NCBI GenBank assembly: GCA_963833985.1
Contig: CAWIAD010000002.1
Span: 2,496,001-2,560,000 of the forward strand
Length of the DNA stretch: 64,000 bases
Reading direction: 5' to 3'
Origin: an uncultured Planctomycetaceae bacterium
GTDB taxonomy: Bacteria > Planctomycetota > Planctomycetia > Isosphaerales > Isosphaeraceae
The position numbers and the translations under genes were made by a program. Below are positions 32,853 through 44,571 of the stretch, one piece after another; the stretch's first letter is position 1; each line of letters begins with the position of its first letter. The notes beneath the pieces were generated by a model that worked only from the letters and a program-made list of their open reading frames with translations, did no database searches and had not been told where the DNA came from.

Positions 32853-35800
32853 GCGTGAATGTGATGAAACGGCCCGGCATGGCCGCAAGCGTGCCGACGA
32901 TCGCCTCCGGCTGGCGCATCTGCTCAGGCAGAGCGCCGCGGCCGATGCGGACGCGGGGAGTTGCTTGCATGACCGCTTCCAGAGGCAGGCGCGGCAATCG
33001 CCGGGCTCGCTTGCGGTCTCGTGTGAGGGCCGGCACCTCACGTATCATGAGCTTGATGACTGGTCGAGCCGGCTGGCCTCTCGCCTGATGAGCGCGGGGG
33101 TGGGGCCGGAGGTTCGCGTGGGGCTCTTTGCCGAGCGATCACTGGAGATGGTCGTCGGGTTGCTGGCCATTCTCAAGGCGGGGGGAGCTTATGTCCCGCT
33201 GGACCCGGCGTATCCCCGCGAGCGTATCGAGTTCCAGCTCAGCGACTCGTGTGCCGGGATCGTGCTGGTGCAGGAGCAGTTGCTGGATCGCCTCGGCAGC
33301 TTTCCGGGTCGCCGGCTCTTGCTGGAGCGGCCGGGCGACAATGGGAGGGCCCCGTCAAGCCCGCTCGCCCGCGGCGTACGCGTCACGCCGCAGAACCTGG
33401 CTTACATCATCTACACGTCCGGCTCGACGGGTACGCCCAAGGGGGTTCCCGTCACTCATGCCAACGTGTGCCGGCTCTTCACGGCGACCGATCGCTGGTT
33501 CCGTTTCACGCGCGACGACGTCTGGACACTGTTTCATTCCATCGCGTTCGACTTCTCGGTCTGGGAGCTGTGGGGCGCCTTGCTGTACGGCGGACGGCTG
33601 GTCGTCGTGCCCTACTGGGTGGCCCGTTCGCCGCAGGCGTTTCACGAGCTGCTGTGCAGCGAGCGGGTGACAGTGCTGAACCAGACGCCGTCGGCCTTCC
33701 GCCAGCTCGCCGCGGTGGATGCGGCCGGCGACCCGGCACTGCTCGGCTTGCGGCTGGTGATCTTCGGCGGCGAGGCCCTGGAGCTCCAGGGCTTGCGCAC
33801 CTGGCTGGACCGCCACGGAGACGCGAACCCGCGGCTTGTGAATATGTATGGCATCACGGAAACCACTGTGCACGTGACCTACCGGCCCATCGCCCGCGCC
33901 GATCTTGATCTGCCCCGTCAAGCCAGCCCGATCGGCCGGCCGATTCCAGACCTTCAGCTTTACGCCCTGGACGCGAACCTGGAGCCGGTCCCTCCCGGAG
34001 CCATCGGCGAGGCCTTCGTGGGCGGCGCGGGGCTGGCGCGAGGTTACCTGGGCCGGCCCGCGCTGACGGCCGAGCGGTTCGTCCCGGATCCGTGGAGCGG
34101 CCGGCCCGGCAGCCGGCTCTACCGCAGTGGAGACCTGGTCCGCGCCAGGCCTGGCGGAGAGCTCGAGTACGTCGGTCGGTCCGACCGCCAGGTGAAGATC
34201 CGGGGCTTCCGGATCGAGCTGGGGGAAATCGAGGCGGCGCTGGCGCGGCAGCCCGGAATTCGCGAGGTTGCCGTCGTGCCGCGTCCAGACAGCCGGGGCA
34301 TCTGCGCCTGGTGGCCTTCCTTGTGCCGCTGACGGCGACCCCGCCGGCTGCCGGCGAGCTGCGCCGCGGACTGAAGCAGCTCTTGCCCGACTACATGATC
34401 CCGTCCGCCTACATGATGCTGGACGCCTTCCCGCTCACGAACCACGGCAAGCTCGATCATGAAGCCCTGGCCGCGCTGGAGATCGCCGAGCCGCCAGCGG
34501 CCGCGGAGAACGTCGCGCCTCGAACCGCGGCCGAGCGCGCGGTCGCCAGCGTCTGGTCCGAAGTCCTGGAGATCGGCCCGCTGGGCGCCCTTGATGACTT
34601 CTTCGAGCGCGGGGGGCATTCGCTGCTCGCCGCCCAGGCAGTGGCCCATTTGCAGAGCCTGCTCGATGTGGACATCCCGCTCCGGCTCCTGTTCGAGTCG
34701 CCCACGGTGGAGGGCCTGGCCCGCCGGATCGATGAGCTCCGGGCCGAGGGAAGCCGGCAGCGCGAAACGCCCATCACCCCGGTTCCTCGTGAGGGGACAC
34801 TTCCGCTCTCCTGCTCGCAGCGCGCGCTCTGGTTCCTGGACCGCCTCACCCCCGGCTCGCCCCTCTACAACGTGCACGCGGCCGTGCGGATCACGGGCGT
34901 GCTCGACCGGCAGGCGCTGGAGCGCGGCTTCCAGGAGATCGTCAGGCGCCATGAAGCAGTCCGCACCTCGTTCCCGGCCCTCGATGGCCTCCCGGTGCAG
35001 AGGGTCTCCGGCGGGTCGGAGATCTGCCTCGAGCGGATTGACCTGGGTTCGGTTCCCGAACACGAACGCGAGGCCGAAGCGCGCAGGCTCGCACTGCTGG
35101 AACGCCAGACGCCGTTCGACCTGGCCGCCGGCCCGCTGGTGCGGGCAAAGCTGATCCGGCTTGGCGATCGCGATCACGCCGTGCTGTTGACCATGCACCA
35201 CATCGTCACCGATGGTTGGTCCATGCGCGTGGCCGCAGGCGAGCTTGCCGCGCTCTACGATGCCTACACCCGAGGCGACCCCTCGCCGCTGCCGGAGCCG
35301 ACCCTTCAATACGCAGACTACGCCGCCTGGCAGAACCAGCGGCTCCAGGGCGCGCGGCTGGAAGAACTGCTGAGCTTCTGGCGAAGCGATCTCGAGGGCC
35401 TCGAACCGCTCCGGCTGCCGACCGATCGGCCCCGGCCGGCGGTCCGGACCCCGCGCGGCGGTCTGCGCTTCTTTACGCTCGACAGGGAGCTTTCCGGTTC
35501 CCTGCGCGCGCTGGCACGCGCCTCTGGCGCCACGCTCTTCATGGCCCTGCTCGCGGCGTTTCAGTCGTTGCTGGCACGCTACAGCGGGCAGCGCGACATC
35601 GCCGTCGGAGTTCCCGTGGCGAACCGGAACCGTCCAGAGCTCGAGCCCATGGTCGGTTACTTCATGAACATGATCGTGCTCCGGACCACCCTTGCAGACA
35701 ACCCCACATTCCGCACCCTGCTGAGCAAGGTTCGCGCGCACGCCATTCGCGCGTTCGAGCACCAGGAATTGCCGTTCGACAGGCTCGTGGAACTGTTGCA

Positions 35801-38800
35801 GCCGCCACGCGACCCGAGCCGCTCACCATTCTTTGATGTCATGTTCGTGCTCCAGAACAACCGCATGCCGGACGTGACGCGCCAGGATCTCACGCTCGCC
35901 TTCCTGACCGATGAGTCCGGGTCCGGCACCGCGAAGTTCGACCTGACCCTGGCCGCTGTCGACGACGACGAGACCATCTCCGGTTCCCTGGAGTTCAATG
36001 CCGACCTGTTCGACGCTGCGACCATCGAGCGCATGCTCGGCCACTTCCAGGCTCTGATCCGAGGAGCAGTCGCCAACCCGGATCAGCCGATCCTGGAGGT
36101 TTCGCTTCTCGATGAGACCGAACAGGTGCTCGTGCTGTCCCGCTGGAACGAGACGGCCCGGGCACTCCCGGTCGATGGCTTCGCGCACCGGCTCTTCGAG
36201 GTGCAGGCCCGGTGCAGCCCAGATGCCGTGGCGCTCCGTCATGAAGAAGTTTCCTTGACGTATGAATCATTGAACGTGCGAGCGAACCAGATCGCGCATT
36301 ACCTCAGGTCAATCGGGGTGGGACCGGAAGTTCGCGTGGGCCTGCAACTGGAACGCTCGCCGGAAATGGCCGCGGGATTGCTGGGCATTCTCAAGGCGGG
36401 CGGGGCTTATGTCCCACTGGACCCCGCGGAGCCCGCGGCGCGGCGGGGCGTCATGCTCCATGAGGCAGGTGTGCGCCATGTCGTCACGACCCGCTCACTT
36501 GCAAGGGCGCTGGAGCGCCCGGCCGGGTGGTCTGCCTGGACGCCGACGGACCCGCGATCGCGCCAGCCGGTGCATGATCTGCAACTGCCGGGCACGCCCG
36601 AGCACGCGGCTTACATCCTCTTCACATCTGGTTCCACGGGGACGCCCCGCGGGGTTGTGGTCTCCCACCGGTCGGTGGTGAACCACAGCCTGGCGGCGGT
36701 CCGACTGTTTGCGCTGGAGCCCGGCGACCGGGTCCTCCAGTTCGCGCCGCTCCAGTTTGATATCTCCGTGGAAGAGATCTTCCCCACCTGGACCGCGGGG
36801 GCGTGCCTGGTCCTGCGGGACGGAGACGAACTGCTTGACCCGCACCGCTTCGCCCGCTGGACCGAACGCCAGGGGATCACGGTCCTTGACCTGCCCACCG
36901 CGTTCTGGCACGCCTGCGTCCAGCGCTGGTCGCAGACCGGGGAGGTGTCGCTGGGTGCCGTCCGGCTGATGGTGGTCGGCGGCGAGGAGGCACTGCCCGA
37001 GGCGTATCAGCAGTGGCGCAAGCTCACCGGGGGACGTGTGCGCTGGCTCAATACCTACGGCCCCACCGAGGCGACCGTCGCGGCGACGGCCTTCGAGCCC
37101 CCGGAATGCGGCGACGGCTCCTGCCTTGCCGTCTTGCCGATAGGCAGGCCGCTGGCCAACTGCCGCGCCTATGTCCTGGATGATCGGCTTCACGCGGTGC
37201 CGATCGGGTTGCCCGGCGAGCTTTATCTGGGCGGCGCAGGCGTGGGCCGGTGCTACGTCAACCAGCCCGCGGCCACCGCCAGCCGGTTCATTCCCGACCC
37301 GTTCAGCGGCGCGCCGGCGCACGGCTCTATCGCACGGGCGATCGCGTGCGCTGGCGGGCCGACGGCCAGCTTGTGTTCCTGGGGCGCCTCGATGCACAGG
37401 CCAAGGTGCGCGGCTTCCGGATCGAGCTCGGTGAGGTGGAAGCGGCCCTGCGGGAACATCCTCAGGTCAGTTCGGCCGCGGTCGTTGCCGCGGGCGATAC
37501 TTACCATGGAGGCCGCCTGGATGCGTTTCTGGTCCCCCGAGGCTCGGGCCCCATCGAGGACGAGGCGATTCAGCAGTTCCTGAGAGGCCGTTTGCCAGCC
37601 TACATGATTCCCTCCCGGCTGACGCAGCTTGCGGCCCTCCCCTTGACCCGATCCGGCAAGCTCGACCGCGCCGCGCTGGCCGCCCTGCGCAGGACGGCCC
37701 ATCAACTGAGCCCCCCGATCCGCCCCGGGACGACTTCGAGGCGCGCGTGGCGGCGATCTGGGAAGAGCTGCTCGACGTCCGGCCGGTGAGTATCCGGCGG
37801 AGCTTCTTCGATCTCGGCGGTCATTCGTTGCTTGCCATCCGCATGCTCGCGGGCCTGGAGAAGGAGTTCGGCCGGGCGCCCTCCATCGCCAGTCTGCTGG
37901 CAGGAGCTTCCATCTCCGAGATCGCCCGGGAGCTGAGGCAGCCGGGATCCGTAGTCTCGCAACGCCCACTCGTGCCCATGCGTTCCGAGGGCCGTGGGCG
38001 CCCGCTCTTCTGCGTCCATCCGGCTGGAGGAATCGCGTACTGCTTCCTGGAGCTGGCTCGAGCCGCCGGCACATTGCGTCCGCTTTATGTATTTCAGGCC
38101 CCGGGCCTTGAGCCGGGAGAGGAACCGGTTCGCTCGATTGTGGAGCAGGCCGCAATCTACGTCGAGGCGCTGCGGTGCGTGCAGCAGCAGGGGCCTTACC
38201 ACCTGGGCGGTTACTCGCTGGGAGCGACCGTGGCCCTGGAGATGGCCCAGCAGCTTGTCGCCACGGGAGCCGAGGTCTCCACGCTGGTCGTCTTCGACGC
38301 ACTGGCGCCAGTTGCCCCGGCCCATCCGCGCCCTGAGCATCTTCAGCTTGCCAGGCAGGCGGTGAAGCTGCCCCTCTTCGGTTCGAGCATCGGCCTGCGT
38401 GGCGACGACGATCCGTCCCTCGAGGAGCTGGCGTTCATTCTCCGGTCGCTCCAGCCCTCGGCTTCCGGTCTCCGCCGTCTGATCGATCGGCTGGCACGGC
38501 TCTCGCCGGAGCAGCAGGTGGCGACGGCCCTTGAGTTTTTTGGCCTCAGGGACGTGTATCACCGCGAGCGTGACCCCGGACCGATGCACCGGCTCTGGAG
38601 CGTGCTTTGCACGAACCTCGCGCGGCTGCCCGTTATGTCCCCGCTCCCTTCGGCGGGCGTGTCGTGCTCTTCCGCGCGGGGGCCTCGGTCGGACACGAGC
38701 CGACTATGGGCTGGAGCGGACTTGGAGCGTCGCTGACCGTGCACGTGATGCCCGGCGATCATGCGTCGATCCTGCGGCCTCCCGCGGTCGATCGGCTCGC

Positions 38801-38897
38801 CTCGATCCTGGAATCCGAGCTCGGCGAAACGCCCTCCGACGAGGACGATGCGGCCAACCGCACGGCGCAAGCCGGCCACGAATCGGCCCGGTCATGA
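32845..38897 (+). CDS. NRPS, A(Thr)-T-C-A(basic aa?)-T-TE, broken by several frameshifts (near 34300, 37320, 37720, 38625)
   Basis: Consecutive ORFs 32800..34332, 34092..37583, 37250..37789, 37747..38736 and 38607..38897 give A (code DFWNIGMVHK), [17 protein letters not shown] (DIEDVGTVAK), T GGHSL, TE GYSLG...GDH. Confidence 0.88.
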
Positions 38898-39979
38898 TCT
38901 ACCTGCTGCGGCTGCTTCTGGCCCGGACGCTGGTTCACCAGTTCGAGGGGGTGACGCTTGATTCCTGGGTTCGCCTGCTGCGCCGGGAGAAGTTCCGCAT
39001 CGCGCCGGTCTTCTGGCCGCGGGCTCTCTGGATCACGGCACTGAGCCTGGCCAACTCGGCCGCGGCACGCGCCGCATCAAGGCGGTTCGCAGACCAGCTT
39101 GAACAGGTGCGCGTGCAGGCGCCGGTGTTCATCCTGGGGCACTACCGGAGCGGCACCACGTTTCTCCACGAGTTGCTGCGGAGCGACCCGCGGTACGCCT
39201 CGCCCACCAGGTTCCAGACGTTCAACCCCGGAACGTTCCTGCTCACCGAGCGCTGGCTGGCCCCCGTCGTTGAACCGTTCATGCTGCCTCGCCGCGTCCA
39301 GGAAGACGAGGTCGCCTACATGGTCCTCACGCAGTGCTCGCCTTACATGGACTGGTGCTTTCCGCGCAGCCGCGCCGGCGGGTATGGCCGATACCTGACC
39401 TTTCGCGATGCCGCGCCGGCAGAGGTGGCCGCGTGGTCCGAGGCGGTGGTCCGGTTCCTCAAGGCCGTGACCCTGAGGACGTCCCGCCCGCTGATCCTCA
39501 AATCGCCGCCCCACACCGCGCGCGTGCGGCTGCTGCTGGAGCTCTTTCCCGATGCGCGCTTCATTCACATCAGGCGCGATCCGTACGCGGTGTTCGTCTC
39601 CACCCTGGGGCTGCTCCGCGCCCTCTACCCGGTTTTCGGCCTCCAGAAGAGGCCCCGGGCCCTCGACACGGACGCCGTCCTGCACACTTATACCGAGATG
39701 TACAACGCCTACTTCACCGACCGCATGCTGATCCCCCACGGCCAGCATGTGGAAATTGCGTACGAGGATCTCGAGAGCGATCCCATCTCCGAGCTCGAGC
39801 GCATCTACGAAACGCTGTCGCTGGGTGATTTCGAGCCGGTGCGCGGCCCGGTCCAGGCCTACCTCGCGTCCGTGTCCGGCTATCGCAAGAACAGCCATCC
39901 CCGGCTCGACGACGCAACCCGCGAGAGGGTCGCCACCGCCTGGCGTCGCAATTTCGAGGCCTGGAACTATCCGCGCTGA
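38894..39979 (+). CDS. PAPS-dependent sulfotransferase (Sulfotransfer_3-like)
   Basis: PVFILGHYRSGTTFLHELL (5'-PSB loop), LKSPPHT, FIHIRRDPYAVFVS; ATGA overlap with the NRPS stop. Confidence 0.9.
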   Translation: MIYLLRLLLARTLVHQFEGVTLDSWVRLLRREKFRIAPVFWPRALWITALSLANSAAARAASRRFADQLEQVRVQAPVFILGHYRSGTTFLHELLRSDPRYASPTRFQTFNPGTFLLTERWLAPVVEPFMLPRRVQEDEVAYMVLTQCSPYMDWCFPRSRAGGYGRYLTFRDAAPAEVAAWSEAVVRFLKAVTLRTSRPLILKSPPHTARVRLLLELFPDARFIHIRRDPYAVFVSTLGLLRALYPVFGLQKRPRALDTDAVLHTYTEMYNAYFTDRMLIPHGQHVEIAYEDLESDPISELERIYETLSLGDFEPVRGPVQAYLASVSGYRKNSHPRLDDATRERVATAWRRNFEAWNYPR

Positions 39980-40028
39980 GAACGGCTCATCGGACCGCTG
40001 CTGAGAACGGCTCGGCGGATCGCTGCGC

Positions 40029-41453
40029 TCAATGGCGGGACGTGGTCGCAGAGAACTTCGTCCACGGCTGGCTCTTCATGTCTCGGAGCAGGTCGCGCAT
40101 CCAGCCGTACTCGGGATGCCTGGTGACGAACGGACCGGCCAGGAAGTCCGAGCCGTGGTGACCGGCCTGGGCCCAGAATTCCAGGCGCACGGCCAGGGTC
40201 GAATCCGTGACCTTGGACTGCACCGTGCCGCCGGGGTAAAACGGCGCCCAGCCCCATTCGGGCACGCCGCGCGGCGAGATCTCGACCCGGCCGCAGAGCG
40301 TGCGCTCGTTCGCTTCACGCTTGTGGGTGATGGCGTCCAGGTCGTCGTTCTCCAGCGCCTTGCCAAGCTCGACGTCGATGGCCCCCCTGTGCTGTCCCAT
40401 CAGCTCATCCCAGCGCTGCCGGCGCGCGTTGGGTGAGGAGTCTTTCTTCTTCGGGTCGAACTTCGTCTCCTCGCGGATGAGAGCGGGATCGACGGGAAAG
40501 TTCGCGCCGACGAAGCAGCCGTCCCTGGTGCGGGCGACGGAATGGTACTTCAGGCCAAGCTCGAAGCGAGCGATCTCGCCGCTCTTGCGGTCCCCGATCA
40601 GCCAGTCGTTGGCGTAGCCGCCATTGTTGCCGTCGAGCATGATCCGCACCACGTCGTCGATCGACCGGCTGTACTGGATGGCCTTGCGGGCGCGGGCGAA
40701 TTCCGGCTTGCCCGCCGGGTTCCAGCCCTCGAACTGAGTGATCGTGGTCTCGGTGATCATGATCCCGGCCGCGTTCACGCCGAAGTCGTCGTCGCTCACG
40801 ATCACGCCCGGCAGCCCGTCCATGAGCATCCGCGACCCTTCCTTCGGCACGATGTCGAAGACGATGTTCCAGCGCGTGCCCACCACGTAATTGGTCCAGG
40901 CGTTGTGGCCCATGACGATGCGGCCGTCCTTCGTGTACGAACCGGTCGCGATGAAGGCGCTGCAATTCCCCGGCGCATGGCTCGTCGGTGTCTTGCCCTG
41001 CTTCCTGTCGAGCCAGGGAACATAGTAGTACGGCAGCTCCTCGATGGCGTTCAGCGCGACGATATCCCAGCGGTCGGCCGCCTTGCCGCGCATTTTCAAA
41101 CCGGCCACGATGCCATCGATCTCGCGCTGATACTCCGGATCGATACCGGGCCAGAGCATCTCCTCGGAGGCCCGGCGATAGAAGTTCCAGTCGTGTTTGG
41201 TGGACTTTTCGAGGTAGGGCCTGGTCACCCGCAGCAGTTCGGCGATCTCGTCGGCCAGCAGGTATCCGTGCTGGTAGCCGATCTGTTCCGGTCCCCCTTC
41301 GAGGTGAACGAACACCCAGCCGTTCTTCTCCACGCGCAGGCTGCCGGCCATCCGGTTCACCTCGACCGGGTGTTTCTCCTCCGCGACAGAGCAGGGCTGT
41401 GGGATCATGAGGACCATGACCATGATGGATGCGAACGAAGCTCTGTGAATCAT
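40029..41453 (-). CDS. Secreted Ntn-hydrolase (C45 peptidase / phospholipase B-like)
   Basis: Signal peptide, IGYQHGYLL, autoproteolytic GN|CSAFIA, GHN, SDDDF, TETT, NNGGYANDW. Confidence 0.85.
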   Translation of the reverse strand: MIHRASFASIMVMVLMIPQPCSVAEEKHPVEVNRMAGSLRVEKNGWVFVHLEGGPEQIGYQHGYLLADEIAELLRVTRPYLEKSTKHDWNFYRRASEEMLWPGIDPEYQREIDGIVAGLKMRGKAADRWDIVALNAIEELPYYYVPWLDRKQGKTPTSHAPGNCSAFIATGSYTKDGRIVMGHNAWTNYVVGTRWNIVFDIVPKEGSRMLMDGLPGVIVSDDDFGVNAAGIMITETTITQFEGWNPAGKPEFARARKAIQYSRSIDDVVRIMLDGNNGGYANDWLIGDRKSGEIARFELGLKYHSVARTRDGCFVGANFPVDPALIREETKFDPKKKDSSPNARRQRWDELMGQHRGAIDVELGKALENDDLDAITHKREANERTLCGRVEISPRGVPEWGWAPFYPGGTVQSKVTDSTLAVRLEFWAQAGHHGSDFLAGPFVTRHPEYGWMRDLLRDMKSQPWTKFSATTSRH

Positions 41454-41608
41454 CGGGTTCAGTATCCTGTGCGAGGTCCGGCATGATCCCTCACTCACGC
41501 CCACGCTGGGCATGACGTGCCGCGGCGACTTTAGATTTTGCCCTCACCCCGTTCGCGACGGCAAGGGGCCCTCCGTCAGACCGCTTTCCGTGGGAAGAAA
41601 AGAGGAGC

Positions 41609-41695
41609 GAAACCGGGACATCGTGGACGCTGGGTGTCGCGGCAACGCTGGTTCCATGCCACGAACTGCGCGATCGATCGGGGCGGAGTGGATCG
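41609..41695 (+). mobile_element. Miniature RAYT-derived element A (left end and degenerate 5' gene stub only)
   Basis: GAAACCGGGACATC end; TTCCATGCCACGAACTGCGCGATCGATCG shared with copies B and C. Confidence 0.65.
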
Positions 41696-41950
41696 GGCGA
41701 ACGGACGGTTGCGAGACCTATTGGTCGAGTTAAATTGCTTTGAATGACACTAGATAAATGCCATAGTTGTAAATATGCGATTTAACGAGACGAGATCGCG
41801 AAGAACTGACCCGTTGCCACTCGAGATGAGCAACCGACATGGTCGAAAGCTTGCTTTGGGCTGCACCTGGGGATCGAATGGAGTGACCCCATAGACCTTC
41901 GAAAAGAAGGCCACTTTGAGGGAGAGATGACCGAGTGGGGAGGCGCCGGG

Positions 41951-42253
41951 ATGACTGAAAACGATCAAAAGGAAGCGATCAGCAGGGCTTACGTGAAAGC
42001 CGTCGCGGCGGCAGCCGGTTTTGCGAGTTACCAGCCGTGCGTCGATGATGACAGCATCGATCTGGGCATAGCCGCCAGCGGGACGAGCGGGTTTCCTGAA
42101 GGCCCGCGACTAAAGATGCAACTCAAATGTACCGCATCTGGTCGCCCGGAGGAGCCCACGCTCTCGTTCCGCGTAAAGCGAATGAATTACGACGACCTTC
42201 GACCAAGCGATGTTGCCATTCCGAGAAGTAAACGCTCGGCCGAACCATCCTGA
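41951..42253 (+). pseudogene. DUF4365 (PD-(D/E)xK-like) protein, C-terminally truncated
   Basis: QKEAISRAYVKAVAAAAG..DDDSIDL..MQLKCT..NYDDLR..IPR, then abrupt end. Confidence 0.7.
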
Positions 42254-42423
42254 GCGCGGATGGTAGCCTGCTGTATCCGTTCGGCCAAAATCCGTCGCGC
42301 CGTGCTCGATAAAACCCCAAGTGTTTGAATCGCTACGCGAGACCCCCTCCGGCAATCTCGGCCTTTGGCCCGAAAACCGATTCGACCTTGCAATGCCTCG
42401 AAGCTTGATGTATCGTGCCGCTC

Positions 42424-42786
42424 ATGAGCACTCGACGCACGAATCCGCCCTTCTTGAATGGCGTGCCGGAGCTCTTGGTGCTGCAATTGTTGGCTCGCAA
42501 GCCGATGTACGGCTACGAGCTGGTGCAGGCGATCAAGACGACGACCGACCACGCGTTCGAGTTCGGTGAAGGTTGCATCTACCCCATACTCCATCGCCTG
42601 GAAGCCGATCGGATATTGTCGGCCCGACGAGAGACAGTGGCTGGCCGCTGCCGCGTCGTGTATCAGGTGACGGACAAGGGACGTAAACAGTTAGTGACGT
42701 CGGTCGCTTGCTGGGAGCAGGTTGTGAAGGCGGTAGACTGCGTCCTGCGAGGAGGAGCAGACGATGGTCAACCCGCCTTGGCTTGA
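42424..42786 (+). CDS. PadR family transcriptional regulator
   Basis: ELLVLQLL..MYGYELVQAI..EGCIYPILHRLE..YQVTDKGR. Confidence 0.92.
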   Translation: MSTRRTNPPFLNGVPELLVLQLLARKPMYGYELVQAIKTTTDHAFEFGEGCIYPILHRLEADRILSARRETVAGRCRVVYQVTDKGRKQLVTSVACWEQVVKAVDCVLRGGADDGQPALA

Positions 42787-43459
42787 CGAATTACTGGATC
42801 AACTGAAACGGGAGGGACTCCCGCCGCCGTACGTGGAGCGGCTCCGGCGGGAACTCAGTGACCATCTCCACGACATTCAGGAGGAGAAGCAAGGCATGGA
42901 CGCCGGAATGGTCCGCACCCCCAACGTCCGGATGGGCGAACCGGATGATCTCGCTCAGTTTATCGGCAGCGAATTCCGCAAGCAGTCGTTCAGCCAGAAG
43001 CATCCCATCGTGACCTTCGTGGGGATGCCGGTCCTGCTGCTGCTGGGAATCTGGGCCGGGCTCGAGACCGGCCTGTTGCTTCTCGACTGCGTGCTCGTCG
43101 GCCTGCTGGGAGAGCCGACAGTATGGGAATGGGAAACGGTGGCAACCGGTCTCAGCCTGACGGATCGGCTCATCATCTACGGTGAGATCTGGATCCCGGT
43201 GGCCCTGACGACCGTGATCTTCTGCCGCGCGGCCCGGCGCAGGCGAGTGAGCTGGCGCTGGCCGCTGCTGACGGCGGCGACGCTCGGGGTGTTCCCAGGC
43301 ATGACGATGAGACTGGCGTCCAGCGGTGATCCCGCCGGGTGGGTGCTCCTCATTGGTGTCCCATCGGCGATCACCGCGACGTTGATCCTCCAAGCGCTGC
43401 TCCCGCTGACAATCGCCGGCTGGTACAGTTGGCGCATGTCTCGGCTGGAGCGCGCGTAG
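42764..43459 (+). CDS. PadR-associated membrane protein
   Basis: ELSDHLHD..MGEPDDLA N-terminus followed by about 4 TM helices; overlaps padR. Confidence 0.75.
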   Translation: MVNPPWLDELLDQLKREGLPPPYVERLRRELSDHLHDIQEEKQGMDAGMVRTPNVRMGEPDDLAQFIGSEFRKQSFSQKHPIVTFVGMPVLLLLGIWAGLETGLLLLDCVLVGLLGEPTVWEWETVATGLSLTDRLIIYGEIWIPVALTTVIFCRAARRRRVSWRWPLLTAATLGVFPGMTMRLASSGDPAGWVLLIGVPSAITATLILQALLPLTIAGWYSWRMSRLERA

Positions 43460-43605
43460 ACTGGGCGATTGACCTGCGCGACTCGTAAGCCGCGATGATT
43501 GAAAGCGGCCCGCCTCCGTGCTGGCCGGGCCGCTGAGCGTTTGGAGTCAGGCTGATTCTCTGCCACGAACTTCGAGATGGAAGACACGATCCAGGGAGGG
43601 ATGCC

Positions 43606-44187
43606 GTGCGACGACCTCGAATCTCAGTCGCCTCGATCCTGGCAATCGTCGCGCTTTCCGCCTTGGATTGCTTCGCCTTCAAATGGGCCTACTCACGGAT
43701 CGCCGCCTCGTTGAACTCCGACGACAAAGCCATCGAGGCGTATTTCGAGGGGATGATATCCGTCGGCCTCATCCCGGTTGGCAACGCTGCCGCGGTGGCC
43801 CTCTCCTTGGCCGCCCACCGGCGTCGGGCGGCTCGGCCTGGCCGTTGCGAAGGGGCGAGCGCCCGGGCCGCCCTCACCTTTGCGCTATGCGCCGCGTTTG
43901 GGATGCTCCTGGTCGTGACGCTCTGGGCAACCGCCCCGAAGTGCCTTCTTGCCTACTTCGGCGTCGTTAGTCGCCCTACCGTATGGCTCGTCACATGGTC
44001 GGGCCTCGTCCGAGTCGCTACGGATGTGGAGAAGCCCCTCTTCCGTTTCGTCATCGATCCGTTGTTCATGGCCTTCACGCTGTCGGGGCCGCTGATTCTC
44101 CTCGCCTGGATCGCGGGTGTGATCGCGCGGGACAAAACGGGACACGGGACAAAACGATGGGACAAAACGGGCCATCATTGGTTTTGA
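43606..44187 (+). CDS. Hypothetical membrane protein; 3' end formed by element B
   Basis: GGGAGG RBS, MRRPRISVASILAIVA leader, several hydrophobic helices. Confidence 0.65.
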   Translation: MRRPRISVASILAIVALSALDCFAFKWAYSRIAASLNSDDKAIEAYFEGMISVGLIPVGNAAAVALSLAAHRRRAARPGRCEGASARAALTFALCAAFGMLLVVTLWATAPKCLLAYFGVVSRPTVWLVTWSGLVRVATDVEKPLFRFVIDPLFMAFTLSGPLILLAWIAGVIARDKTGHGTKRWDKTGHHWF

Positions 44188-44342
44188 AGCGGCTGGGTGT
44201 TTCGGCCAAGCTGATTCCATGCCACGAACTGCGCGATCGATCGAGGCGAGAATGGATCGAGCACGTTCTCAAACGAGAGAACCGGCGGGTGCGGAAGGGA
44301 TAAGGAAACGCAACTGACGTTTCTCGATCTGTCCCGTTTTCC
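44129..44342 (+). mobile_element. Miniature RAYT-derived element B (complete, stuttered left end)
   Basis: Left GGGACAAAAC|GGGACAC|GGGACAAAACGAT|GGGACAAAACGGGCCATC; right TGTCCCGTTTTCC (inverted); internal stub MPRTARSIEARM..HVLKRENRR. Confidence 0.8.
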
Positions 44343-44571
44343 TGACTGATCTCGCGCGGCCGTTGCAAACTCCCGGAAAGTCCGGCGAGAATGCCGTGGC
44401 AACCTGGATGATGCAGGAGGATGGGTATCAGACAACGGGTCCGTGCAGAGGCCGAATACGCCTCGGATGCGAGATCGCAGAGCAGGTCTGCCGGTTTGCT
44501 GTCAACGCGTATCCAGCAGTCGGCGGGTGTTCCCTGGTACCTCGTTCCTGAGCGACCTGGGAGGTAACTCG

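Noticed and set aside
42221..42246. Possible IS-end remnant similar to 46311..46336
   Set aside because: Similarity is short and weak, with no transposase or TSD to support it
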